Sequence record: SRR22947727_339
Direction: 5' to 3' (one strand)
DNA: 64,000 nucleotides
Of the stretch, positions 10,761-20,429 are shown one piece after another (positions within the stretch are counted from its first letter, which is position 1; each line of letters begins with the position of its first letter). Under the pieces are notes generated by a model. The model worked only from the letters and a program-made list of their open reading frames with translations. It searched no databases and had not been told where the DNA came from. Both the position numbers and the translations under genes were made by a program.

Positions 10761-12068
10761 CTAAGACTGTTCAACCCTACGAAAAACCCTTAGGAAATTT
10801 TCGCCCCATATTTTTTCAATATCTTTTTGGCTATACCCGCGGGCAACCAAGGCTTTTGTTAGATTAAGAGCTTCATCTGCTTCGTTAAAACCCTCGATTC
10901 CCCCGCCATGATTAAAATCAGTTCCAATCCCTACATGATCTATACCTATTCTTTTGACTACATAATCTATGTGGTCCACTAAACGCTCAACGCTTACTGA
11001 TCCAATTACAGCTCTCATCGCCATTAAGAATTTCATCTTTTCTGCGGCATCATCAATTTCCCAGTAAAGCTCATAGGGATAGGCATAGCCGCTGCCGGGA
11101 AGACCCGCATTTTCTCTAACCATTTTGATAGATGCGCGTAGAGTAGGGTCTGACAAATCGACCAAATACGCCCCAAAAGGAACCAAATGAACAATACCTC
11201 CCTTGGCGCCAATAATATCGATCTCCTCGTCGGAAAGATTACGAGTAACATTTGATAAAACCCGTACATTGGAATGACTAGCAATAATTGGGGTTGCTGA
11301 CAGTTCTGCAATCTCCATCACAGCTGCCTTGGAAGATTGAGATACATCAATGATTCCGCCAAGCTTGTTAATCCGTTTCACAGCTTTACGTCCAAGTTCC
11401 GACAAACCCCCGTGCTCTTCAGCAGGTTCATAAACACCAGCCGCTCCATCATAATTCGGACGAGAAGAGTCAGAAAAATTATTATGCCCAATATGATTAA
11501 GCCCAAAAACGCGAACACCTTTTGCATAATAGTCGTCTAGTGTATCGATATTGTTAACAAGGGACCTTGCATTTTGAAAACCAACTATAAAGGCTATTTT
11601 ATTATTTCTCTGCGCACTGACGATTTGCTGTGCCGACCTTGCTAAGATTAAAGTCTCCGCATGGGTCTTAAGTAATTCATCTATCGCAATGAACTTTTGA
11701 TTTGCGAAGTCTTGGCCTTTCATATCATCGGCTAGAGAACGAGACGCACCTGGCGGAACAGCAATCGACATAACTACGGCGTCAATACCGCCTGCCTTTA
11801 ATTTATTAATAGCAACTTTAGACTTTCCATCTGGGCCCAAATACTGACCAGCAGCTCCCGGAATAACTATGTCGGCATGCGCATCTAAAACAAGGATCTT
11901 ATCGTGAATATCTTTAATAATAACATCACATAAATGATGGCGAGTACTTAAAATCTCTTCTTGTGTTTCTAGTGATATAGCGGAGTCAAAGGTAGGACAC
12001 TGCTGAAGCTCTGATGCCAAGGATGCGCTTGATAATAAAAGAAACATTGTAAGGAGAGCACTTTTCAT
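10761..12068 (-). CDS. Secreted membrane-dipeptidase (M19) fold protein, PvdM-like
   Basis: Signal peptide; DAHAD, IIASHSN, RNLSDE, HVGIGTDFNHGGG, GENFLRV; two metal ligands appear replaced (GFQN, DVSQ). Confidence 0.85.
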   Translation of the reverse strand: MKSALLTMFLLLSSASLASELQQCPTFDSAISLETQEEILSTRHHLCDVIIKDIHDKILVLDAHADIVIPGAAGQYLGPDGKSKVAINKLKAGGIDAVVMSIAVPPGASRSLADDMKGQDFANQKFIAIDELLKTHAETLILARSAQQIVSAQRNNKIAFIVGFQNARSLVNNIDTLDDYYAKGVRVFGLNHIGHNNFSDSSRPNYDGAAGVYEPAEEHGGLSELGRKAVKRINKLGGIIDVSQSSKAAVMEIAELSATPIIASHSNVRVLSNVTRNLSDEEIDIIGAKGGIVHLVPFGAYLVDLSDPTLRASIKMVRENAGLPGSGYAYPYELYWEIDDAAEKMKFLMAMRAVIGSVSVERLVDHIDYVVKRIGIDHVGIGTDFNHGGGIEGFNEADEALNLTKALVARGYSQKDIEKIWGENFLRVFRRVEQS

Positions 12069-12135
12069 ACCCTCGCCTTAACAAGTAAGTCTAAGATTGC
12101 CAAGAGATAGCTAAATCAAACAGAGCTTAATATAT

Positions 12136-14940
12136 TTATCCTCGTCTCCAATCAATTCTGTTTGGAAAATATAGATCAAGAATTGTAACTTTCATTCTTG
12201 ATCTAGATAATGTTTGACCGTTTGATGGTTCGGAAATATCTAAATATATATCATGGGCCCAATCAAAATGAGTATCTTTTATGGCGCTAAATGTTGTGCA
12301 GGATTGAACATCGCCTTCATTAAAAACTATAGCTGTATCTGATAAAGTAAAATCATCCTCAAAACCGCCTTTTCCTGGTCTTTCACGTTGCGTGAATGAC
12401 AAATCAAACTCAGTAGCTGACAAGTCTCCATTTGATGATCTGTTAAAACAAATATCTTTAGAGTTATCTTCTTTAATTATCATATCATTTACGCTTATGG
12501 CGTAGGTAGGAGCGGATTTAGTAGTAAATGTTCCCGTAATATTTTCTACAATATTTCTATCAAAAGCGACTAAAGAGTGCCCGCCAGACCCGAGGTCTAA
12601 TTCGATTGTATAAGTACCACCGTCTACAAAAAAATCTTGGACACCAGAGATATTGTCAGAAACCTTTGATATGAGATTAAGGAGTTTCAAGTTTAAGTTT
12701 GCTGTTTCATCGAAACTGTCTGCTGTATCACCAATGTTGGAGTCTGCAACTGTTATCTGATCTTCATCAAAGTTTGTTACTGTTTGAGAAGTCGTTACAC
12801 CGTCTTCTGTATAAGAAACTAATATTTCTGAATCTTCTATGGCCCATACCTGAGTTGCTTCATAATTATTAGCATTACCAGATGCGGTTGAAGATAAAGT
12901 TACATTGAATGACATTTCAAAATAACTTTCACTTGAATCTATGGATGTATCATCGCCTTCGTATACATATAATTTGATTGGAACTGTTGACTCAATAGAA
13001 CCATCAGGATTGAACCAAATTTTAGCATTAAGCGGATTACCGCCAATCCCATCTTCAACAAAGTCGAGAATATTTTCTAAATCCAATGAACTCGTCAGAG
13101 AATAATCAAGGGTTTTGTTCGCATAGTCATACGTCGGGGTTACCTGTAGCTTAATTTCTTCATCTCCTGAATAGTCGCCTATTTCTACGAATGAGTTAGC
13201 AATCCTCCCAATAATTGAATTATTCTGAGGCGCACTAGTGCCATAAAAACTTTCATCTAAGTTAGGGTTTTCTGCTAATCTGTTAAAAAAAGCAGTCCTT
13301 GCATCTTGTCCATAAATTCTTAGCTGTGAGTCAAAGCCTCCGGAAACATCCCAAAACATATCATTACTAGGGTGAGTGCCTGCTTCAAAGTATGCGTTGA
13401 GAGCACCCTCATTATCATATCCAAAGAGAATATAATCATCTCCTTTAAACGATGCTCTTATAACATCTAAATCTTTATACATTCTTGGTAAATTGGAAAC
13501 ATCTTGAACAATAAGTTCTGGATTAATATTCACGCTATTATCAACAAAATCATATGGTAAATTGGATGATATTCCTGACCGTAATACATCAAAAATGTAA
13601 TATTGTGCTCCTAAGCCAGTACCTGAACCATCTGTGAGAAAAGTTGATGCGTTTAATATTGGAGTATAATAATGGCGTACGTCGTCACACTCAGCTTTTT
13701 CAAAGCCTTGAGAGTAATTGTTATAATAAAAATTTGTACTAATTTCAGATGAAACCGAGTTGCTAAATTGAATACTTTCAGCTTTTTGGCACTCCCTTTG
13801 TCTAGACCCAGAAGAATTCCAATTTACAGAACCGTTGCGCCATGCACTAGATAATGTTGCGCCAACACTAAGGTTTCCATCAGTAATACCTAGATCATTA
13901 AAATCTATTGGAGTGTTCTTATTAAATGATGAAGTTTTTCTATAAAGGGTTGATATGTTTGCTATGTTTTTCAGGGTCAGTTCACTGACATTACATAGAG
14001 CGGTATCAGTTTCGCTACAATCTTCCCTAGAGAGTATTCCATCTTTAGAAATGAATGCGCCGCTCGCTTCAATACTTTCATTTCTATACCAGCCATCCGC
14101 ATTAGGCTCTGTATTATAACTACTATAAAAATTTAAAGGAAGTTTTTCATAATCTTCGCCGCTAAAAATAATAGCTAACGACTCCTCTGCTAAGGAAACA
14201 TTTGCTCTTATATCTTTATCAAACGTCGCTGATAAATCTTCGGAAATTTGATTATCTATTATTTGAAGGTGTGGTAGCAACCCTGCAATATTTTGTGCTA
14301 CCTCTTCAGTCACAAGTGATGTCTCATTAGCAATAAAATCACTGAGCAGTTCCGCATATGTGATACCAAAATTTGTTTCTATAGAGTTTTTAAGCTCATC
14401 AATTCTCGCAGTTACCAAAGATGCCACAGCATCGCCTTCACTCTGACACCCCTGCTCTACTGTTAGATCTTCCGTTAAATCTGAATTATTCTTAGCTGTA
14501 ATTATAGCCTCAGCAAAAAGAGTTGTAAAAGGAGAAATTACAATCGTATCTATACCTGCATCTTCAATAGACGGTAGAATCATCTGGTAGGCTTCTGTTA
14601 CAGTTCCCAAAGTTGAGTCCTCTGCTCCCACTGGGACATCAGCAACAATTGGTCTTTTTTGCAAACAGGCTAAGATGTCTTCATCATTAGTTTCAATAAC
14701 AAAAGAACCGTCTGTATCAGTGACTGCAGTAAATTCATTATCATCTTGTGTAAAATTAAAGTTTTGATCAACAAATATATTAGCACCTGAAATATACCCA
14801 TCTATGGCATAACCATACAAAGCTGTTGAGGATGTTTCAGGAGTTGGGGGTGAGGAAACTACAGGCGGCGGAGCTTCATAACTACCACCACAGGATACAA
14901 TGAATACTGAACTGAGTATTATCAAATATATGGATCTCAT
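12136..14940 (-). CDS. Large acidic lipoprotein of unknown function, possible C-terminal Calx-beta-like domain
   Basis: 934-aa ORF; lipobox IVS-C followed by GG and a Pro/Ser linker; DGYISGANIFVDQNFN; D/E/N/S-rich. Confidence 0.75.
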   Translation of the reverse strand: MRSIYLIILSSVFIVSCGGSYEAPPPVVSSPPTPETSSTALYGYAIDGYISGANIFVDQNFNFTQDDNEFTAVTDTDGSFVIETNDEDILACLQKRPIVADVPVGAEDSTLGTVTEAYQMILPSIEDAGIDTIVISPFTTLFAEAIITAKNNSDLTEDLTVEQGCQSEGDAVASLVTARIDELKNSIETNFGITYAELLSDFIANETSLVTEEVAQNIAGLLPHLQIIDNQISEDLSATFDKDIRANVSLAEESLAIIFSGEDYEKLPLNFYSSYNTEPNADGWYRNESIEASGAFISKDGILSREDCSETDTALCNVSELTLKNIANISTLYRKTSSFNKNTPIDFNDLGITDGNLSVGATLSSAWRNGSVNWNSSGSRQRECQKAESIQFSNSVSSEISTNFYYNNYSQGFEKAECDDVRHYYTPILNASTFLTDGSGTGLGAQYYIFDVLRSGISSNLPYDFVDNSVNINPELIVQDVSNLPRMYKDLDVIRASFKGDDYILFGYDNEGALNAYFEAGTHPSNDMFWDVSGGFDSQLRIYGQDARTAFFNRLAENPNLDESFYGTSAPQNNSIIGRIANSFVEIGDYSGDEEIKLQVTPTYDYANKTLDYSLTSSLDLENILDFVEDGIGGNPLNAKIWFNPDGSIESTVPIKLYVYEGDDTSIDSSESYFEMSFNVTLSSTASGNANNYEATQVWAIEDSEILVSYTEDGVTTSQTVTNFDEDQITVADSNIGDTADSFDETANLNLKLLNLISKVSDNISGVQDFFVDGGTYTIELDLGSGGHSLVAFDRNIVENITGTFTTKSAPTYAISVNDMIIKEDNSKDICFNRSSNGDLSATEFDLSFTQRERPGKGGFEDDFTLSDTAIVFNEGDVQSCTTFSAIKDTHFDWAHDIYLDISEPSNGQTLSRSRMKVTILDLYFPNRIDWRRG

Positions 14941-14990
14941 GGCTAAAATAAAGATAATATTGTAGTGCTTTTGTCAAGCTTTGGTTTAGT

Positions 14991-15281
14991 TTGGACTTTG
15001 ATAATATACGCTCAAGTGGTTCATATGTATATCAATGGCAACTAGTAGGTTATTCGGAACCACAGGTGCAAGGAGTCTTGTCTTTCAAATATTATACTCA
15101 AGTTGATTGTGAGGTGTTTAGAACCAAAAACTTGAGTTTCTCATACCACAAACAACCGATGGGTGAAGGAAGACCCTACATGACCGACTCAACACCTGAC
15201 ACTGAATGGACTTATCCTCCTCCAAATAGTCCAGCAGCGGATATACTCAATATAGTCTGTAAGTTAGTAGAGAACCTTTAG
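14991..15281 (+). pseudogene. Probable 5'-truncated small periplasmic protein (surface-adhesin-E-like) remnant
   Basis: DFDNIR..YVYQW, DC..FR, HKQPMG, EWTYPPPNS..VC pattern; TTG start, no signal peptide, in-frame TAA at 14955. Confidence 0.5.
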
Positions 15282-15471
15282 ATACCAAGGGTATCCTTAA
15301 ACGCATCTAAGTCCTTATCCTCCCACTACTTTAGTATCCACTTAAGTCTACAATAGATAATCATTCCCATTTTACTGGGGTTAGTTCTTCACAAAACTTC
15401 CATAAGCTATCTAATGTGGTGCTATTTTACCACATAATACTTCTATTTGGATACTACTTTTATATCAAACG

Positions 15472-15534
15472 TGGGTCATAACATGGGTCATTAATAGTTT
15501 ATCAATATATTAAACTATATAAATCAGTTACTTA
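15472..15534. mobile_element. att-like scar: tandem arm-type repeats plus two IHF consensus sites beside the tRNA 3' end
   Basis: TGGGTCAT at 15472-15479 and 15484-15491; WATCARNNNNTTR matches at 15500-15512 and 15522-15534. Confidence 0.55.
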
Positions 15535-15545
15535 TACAATAAGTT

Positions 15546-15621
15546 TGGTGGAGCCTAGGGGAGTCGAACCCCTGACCTCTTCGCTGCCAGCGAAGCGCTC
15601 TACCAGCTGAGCTAAGGCCCC
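15546..15621 (-). tRNA. tRNA-Ala (GGC)
   Basis: Reverse complement GGGGCCTTAGCTCAGCTGGTAGAGCGCTTCGCTGGCAGCGAAGAGGTCAGGGGTTCGACTCCCCTAGGCTCCACCA; 76 nt, G3:U70, C32-G38, encoded CCA. Confidence 0.98.
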
Positions 15622-15633
15622 CTTTTAATTGAT

Positions 15634-16059
15634 TTATATTTCTACTTCTTCAATGTCATCATCGTCATCATCATCATCAGGGGGAGGAAGAACATTATCA
15701 TCGTCATCATCAACGAGTGCTGCATCTTCATCTTCATCTTCATCAGTTGAGAAACCATTAAATTCAGGGTCATTATCGTCATGTCCAGAGGACCCACCAA
15801 TTACAGCTACATCATCTCCATCTAATTCTAATTCTTTTGCTGCCTCTTCTTCTTCATCGATATCTTCTTCATCCACTTCAGGCGCTTCTTCATCTTCACT
15901 TTCTGGAGCTAATGGTGCGATTTCTTGCGGCTCAAGCTCTGCCGGATCAAAGCTGTGCTGACACATGGGACAGGTAGCTGGGTTTCTAGTTAAATCATAA
16001 AATTTAGCATCGCATTCTGGACAAATGCGTTTTTCGCCAAGTTTTGCTTTCTTTGCCAT
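15634..16059 (-). CDS. TIGR02300 / FYDLN acid-tail zinc-ribbon protein
   Basis: LGEKRICPECDAKFYDL..PATCPMC plus D/E-rich tail; likely start MAKK at 16059; typical aroA/tRNA-Ala neighbour. Confidence 0.9.
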   Translation of the reverse strand: MAKKAKLGEKRICPECDAKFYDLTRNPATCPMCQHSFDPAELEPQEIAPLAPESEDEEAPEVDEEDIDEEEEAAKELELDGDDVAVIGGSSGHDDNDPEFNGFSTDEDEDEDAALVDDDDDNVLPPPDDDDDDDDIEEVEI

Positions 16060-16150
16060 AGGTGACCCCATATAAGTATTAATAATCTGACATATGTCAC
16101 TTGCGCCAATAATTTTGAACGCTAAAAGCGCGTCTTAACCTGTCATAGCG

Positions 16151-17503
16151 GTGAGTCAACAGACAAAAAAGATGGAAATTAATTTGATGCCTACAATTTC
16201 GTACAAAATGGGACCATTAAAAGGTAAAATTTTTGCGCCTGGGGACAAATCAATTTCTCATCGTTCTCTAATATTAGGCGCGATGGCTAAGGGGAAAACG
16301 AATATCACAGGCTTGCTCGAGGGAGCTGATATAATGGCTACAGCTGAAGCAATGAATAAGCTAGGTGCACGCGTGGAGAGAATTAAAAAAGGTGAGTGGA
16401 TTATAAAGGGATGCGGTGAGGCAGGATTAATATCTCCATCAGAGCCAATCGATTGCGGAAATGCTGGAACAGGAGTTCGTTTATTAATGGGAGCTATATC
16501 TGGCTATAAGATATCTGCTACATTTAAAGGAGACACCTCATTGTCTTCAAGACCTATGGCAAGAGTTTTAAATCCACTTGAGCAAATGGGAATCGAGTAC
16601 AATTGCGATAAAGGCGAAACACTTCCTGCCACAATTATTTCGTCCGGAAACCTCAAATCAATAGATTATGTTTCTCCTCACGCTAGCGCACAGGTTAAAT
16701 CAGCCATACTATTAGCTGGGATAAACACAAGTGGAGTAACTTCAATTACAGAACATACACTATCACGTGATCACAGTGAAAATATGCTTAAAGCATTTGG
16801 AGCAACCATAAATATTGAAACCCAAGGCCAGGGTCAAAAAGTGAGTATTAAGGGTCCCGTTACTCTGAAAGGTACTGATATTAGCATTCCAGGTGACCCA
16901 TCTTCAGCCGCATTCCCAATTATTGCAGCTATTATAACCCCTGGATCAGATATATTAGTTCAAAATGTAATGATGAACCCCACTAGAATAGGCTTATTTA
17001 CAACATTAACTGAAATGGGGGCCTATCTAAGAGCTGATAATTACCGAACCTCTGGAGGCGAAATTATTGCAGACATACATGTCAAATATTCCCAACTCAA
17101 TGGCGTCATTGTTCCGAAAGAACGAGCACCCTCAATGATAGATGAATACCCTATACTAGCCGTTGCCGCAGCCTATGCTAAGGGAACAACTGTTATGAGG
17201 GGAATTGCTGAAATGCGTGTTAAAGAAAGTGATAGAATTAAAGCAACTTTTGAACTACTCATTAAGAATGGTGTAGATGTGAAAGAACATTCAGATGGTT
17301 TATCAATAAAAGGTGGCAGTGTTACTGGCGGGGCAACAGTTTTAACGCACCATGATCATCGAATAGCGATGTCAGCATTAATCCTCGGAATAAATGCTGA
17401 AAATCCCATTACAATTGATGATAGTTCAATGATCGCAACTAGTTTTCCAACATTCTTTGAATTAATGGCAGAAATTGGTGCAAAAATTGAGGTCACAAAA
17501 TAA
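16151..17503 (+). CDS. aroA: EPSP synthase (class II)
   Basis: PGDKSISHR, DCGNAGTGVR, SAQVKSA, RDHSE, RVKESDR, DHRIAM; true start may be ATG 16187. Confidence 0.96.
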   Translation: MSQQTKKMEINLMPTISYKMGPLKGKIFAPGDKSISHRSLILGAMAKGKTNITGLLEGADIMATAEAMNKLGARVERIKKGEWIIKGCGEAGLISPSEPIDCGNAGTGVRLLMGAISGYKISATFKGDTSLSSRPMARVLNPLEQMGIEYNCDKGETLPATIISSGNLKSIDYVSPHASAQVKSAILLAGINTSGVTSITEHTLSRDHSENMLKAFGATINIETQGQGQKVSIKGPVTLKGTDISIPGDPSSAAFPIIAAIITPGSDILVQNVMMNPTRIGLFTTLTEMGAYLRADNYRTSGGEIIADIHVKYSQLNGVIVPKERAPSMIDEYPILAVAAAYAKGTTVMRGIAEMRVKESDRIKATFELLIKNGVDVKEHSDGLSIKGGSVTGGATVLTHHDHRIAMSALILGINAENPITIDDSSMIATSFPTFFELMAEIGAKIEVTK

Positions 17504-18123
17504 TGACTGTGATTGCTATAGACGGTACATTCGCAAGCGGAAAAGGTACATTAGGTAAACGCTTAGCATTACATTATAAAATACCCTATCTGGATACTGG
17601 TAAACTCTACAGGGCAGTAGCTTTTAATTTGATGGAAACAAAAAATAGTCCAGAAAACGTTAGAGAAGCCATTAAAGCTGCAAAAAAATTAAAACCAGAG
17701 GACCTCAAGAATTCTGCTCTAAAAAGTGGTAATGTAGCTGTTAATGCATCAAAAGTAGCAGCTCACCCTGAGGTGCGTAAAGAATTATTAAAGTTTCAAA
17801 AAGATTTTGCTAAAAAAGGAGGAATTCTCGATGGTCGTGATATTGGAACCGTTATTTGCCCAAATGCAAAAGTAAAACTATTTATAGATGCAAAAGCGGA
17901 AACAAGAGCACGCCGTCGTCACCTTGAACTTAATTCTTATCAAGAGAGTATTTCTTTTGAAACTGTATTTAAACAATTAATAGAGCGAGATAATAGAGAT
18001 ATGAGTCGTAAAAATGCCCCTCTTAAAATATCTGATGGTGCCCATATTATAGATACTACAGACATGACTGCTGATGATGTTTTCAAAAAGGCAAGAGACA
18101 TAATAGATTCAATTTTAATTTAA
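17503..18123 (+). CDS. cmk: Cytidylate kinase
   Basis: IAIDGTFASGKGT, YLDTGKLYR, DGRDIGTV. Confidence 0.95.
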   Translation: MTVIAIDGTFASGKGTLGKRLALHYKIPYLDTGKLYRAVAFNLMETKNSPENVREAIKAAKKLKPEDLKNSALKSGNVAVNASKVAAHPEVRKELLKFQKDFAKKGGILDGRDIGTVICPNAKVKLFIDAKAETRARRRHLELNSYQESISFETVFKQLIERDNRDMSRKNAPLKISDGAHIIDTTDMTADDVFKKARDIIDSILI

Positions 18124-18151
18124 TAGTCTAATAAACAGCTGCAATCACCCC

Positions 18152-18180
18152 TTGCACTTAACTTGCGCTTGCACTATAGG
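18152..18180 (+). promoter_or_regulatory. Sigma70-type promoter of rpsA
   Basis: TTGCAC-N17-TATAGG. Confidence 0.6.
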
Positions 18181-18243
18181 GCCGCTGTTGCATAAAATTG
18201 TTTCCTTCATAACTTTGCACAACTAATAGGCTTCGATTGGCGA

Positions 18244-18273
18244 GGCCAGACCGCAGGATACATCCTGTTGGCC
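18244..18273 (+). promoter_or_regulatory. Structured rpsA 5' leader hairpin
   Basis: GGCCA..CAGGA-TACA-TCCTG..TGGCC nested stems in an AT-rich background. Confidence 0.5.
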
Positions 18274-18300
18274 AGAAACAGAACTAAAAGGACTTAAACT

Positions 18301-20004
18301 ATGAGCACAGCTCAAGATAAAATGAACCCCTCAACTGATGATTTCGCTTCAATGTTTGAAGCCTCTATCGAAACTAACTCAATGCAAGAGGGTAGCGTAA
18401 TAAAAGGTCGTGTGACAGCGATAGAAAAAGATATAGTGGTCATAGATGTTGGATTGAAAACAGAAGGCAGGGTGCCTTTGAGAGAGTTTTATGTACCAGG
18501 GCAAGCAGAAGAAGACAAAGTTAAAGCCGGCGACGAAATTGACATCTACCTCGAGCTAATCGAAAATGCACTAGGCAATGCTATATTATCAAGAGATAAA
18601 GCTCGTCGTGAAGAAAGTTGGCTCAACATGACAAAATATCATGAAAGCGAAGAGCCTGTACCGGGTACAATAGTTGGAAGAGTAAAAGGTGGATTTACAG
18701 TTGATCTTGGTGGCATAAATGCTTTTCTTCCTGGCTCACAAGTGGACATTCGTCCTGTAAGAGATGTTGGTCCATTAATGAACCAAGAACAACCGTTTAT
18801 GATTCTTAAAATGGACAGACAACGTGGAAACATAGTTGTATCTCGAAGAGCAATTCTGGAAGAAAGCCGCGCTGAACAAAGAGCTGAACTTGTTGGACAG
18901 TTGGCAGAAGGTGAAACTAGAGATGGTGTAGTCAAAAATATTACTGATTACGGAGCTTTCGTTGATTTAGGTGGAATAGATGGACTCCTACACGTAACAG
19001 ATATGAGCTGGCGTCGTATAAGCCATCCGAGCCAGGTAATGGCTGTGGGCGATACAGTAACAGTTAAAATAGTTAGAATAAATCCAGACACTCAGAGAAT
19101 TAGTTTAGGAATGAAGCAACTTCACGAAGACCCGTGGCTTGCAGCAGCAGCAAAATATACTGTCGGCACCCGTCATACAGGAAAAGTTACTAACATTGCT
19201 GACTATGGCGCATTTATCGAACTTGAAGAGGGCGTTGAAGGACTAGTTCATGTTTCTGAAATGTCTTGGACAAAGAAAAACGTACACCCAGGAAAAATTG
19301 TATCTACTTCGCAAGAGGTTAATGTTGAGGTTTTAGAGGTTGATGAAGAAAAACGTCGCATTTCACTTGGAATCAAGCAAGCACAAGAAAACCCATGGGA
19401 TAGTTTCACTGAACGCTTCCCGGCTGGTACAATTATTAAAGGTGAAGTACGTTCAGTTACAGAATTCGGCTTATTCATAGGTCTTGATGGTGACATTGAC
19501 GGAATGGCACACTTATCTGATCTCTCCTGGGATAAATCAGGTGAAGAAGCACTTAAAGATTACAAAAAAGGTGATATCGTAGAAGCCAAAATTCTTGAAG
19601 TTGACATAGAAAAAGAACGTATTTCTTTAGGTGTAAAACAACTCATTAAAGATAGTGGGCCTGCAGCAGCTCCTAAAGGCGCTTCAAAAGGTAAAACAGT
19701 AACCTGCACAATCACAAACGTTCAGCAAGCTGGTCTTGATGTAACCTTTGGTGAGGACAACGTAGTTGCTGCATTCATCAGAAAAGCTGACTTATCTCGT
19801 GAAAGGTCTGAACAAAGACCAGAGCGCTTTGCAGTAGGCGATAAAATTGATGCGATGATTACACGAGTTGTTAAAGGTCAATACTCGCTTTCAATAAAAG
19901 CACTAGAAATAGCAGATGAAAAAGAAGCTGTGGAACAATACGGGTCTACGGATTCAGGTGCATCACTTGGAGATATTCTTGGAGCAGCCTTAAAAGGCGA
20001 CTGA
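18301..20004 (+). CDS. rpsA: 30S ribosomal protein S1
   Basis: Repeated S1 domains (AFLPGSQVD, DGLLHVTDMSW, GLVHVSEMSW, GMAHLSDLSW). Confidence 0.98.
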   Translation: MSTAQDKMNPSTDDFASMFEASIETNSMQEGSVIKGRVTAIEKDIVVIDVGLKTEGRVPLREFYVPGQAEEDKVKAGDEIDIYLELIENALGNAILSRDKARREESWLNMTKYHESEEPVPGTIVGRVKGGFTVDLGGINAFLPGSQVDIRPVRDVGPLMNQEQPFMILKMDRQRGNIVVSRRAILEESRAEQRAELVGQLAEGETRDGVVKNITDYGAFVDLGGIDGLLHVTDMSWRRISHPSQVMAVGDTVTVKIVRINPDTQRISLGMKQLHEDPWLAAAAKYTVGTRHTGKVTNIADYGAFIELEEGVEGLVHVSEMSWTKKNVHPGKIVSTSQEVNVEVLEVDEEKRRISLGIKQAQENPWDSFTERFPAGTIIKGEVRSVTEFGLFIGLDGDIDGMAHLSDLSWDKSGEEALKDYKKGDIVEAKILEVDIEKERISLGVKQLIKDSGPAAAPKGASKGKTVTCTITNVQQAGLDVTFGEDNVVAAFIRKADLSRERSEQRPERFAVGDKIDAMITRVVKGQYSLSIKALEIADEKEAVEQYGSTDSGASLGDILGAALKGD

Positions 20005-20023
20005 TTTACAACTTATATCAAAG

Positions 20024-20063
20024 AAAAAGGCTCGGCTACTTTATTGGTGACTGAGCTTTTTTT
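20024..20063 (+). terminator. Intrinsic terminator after rpsA
   Basis: AAAAAGGCTCGG...CTGAGC followed by T7. Confidence 0.7.
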
Positions 20064-20120
20064 ATTGGGTAATGACTAAAAGTTATTGACTCAGGTAACA
20101 TATACTTGCTTTATTAGGGT

Positions 20121-20408
20121 ATGCTTAAATCAGAACTCATAGATAAATTACATACGGAAAATCAGCACCTAACTCGAGCAGATACAGAGAGGGTTGTTTC
20201 AGTAATTTTAGAAACTATTACACAAACTCTTGAAAAAGGGGCCAGAGTAGAATTACGGGGTTTCGGAGCATTCTCTGTACGTCACCGAAAATCTCGTTCT
20301 GGCAGAAATCCAAGAACTGGAGGAAATGTTTTTGTCCCTCAAAAAAGTGTTCCTTTCTTTCGAACAGGCAAAGATCTTCGTGCAAAGTTGGATTCGACTA
20401 AAAATTAA
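20121..20408 (+). CDS. ihfB: Integration host factor beta
   Basis: MLKSELI, RVELRGFGAF, GRNPRTG, VPFFRTGK. Confidence 0.95.
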   Translation: MLKSELIDKLHTENQHLTRADTERVVSVILETITQTLEKGARVELRGFGAFSVRHRKSRSGRNPRTGGNVFVPQKSVPFFRTGKDLRAKLDSTKN

Positions 20409-20429
20409 TAATAAACCTTAACGAATTAT

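Noticed and set aside
15629..15961. Ser-rich 110-aa ORF and (TCA)n-like repeats
   Set aside because: Antisense shadow of the Asp/Glu tail of the FYDLN protein; not an independent gene or array
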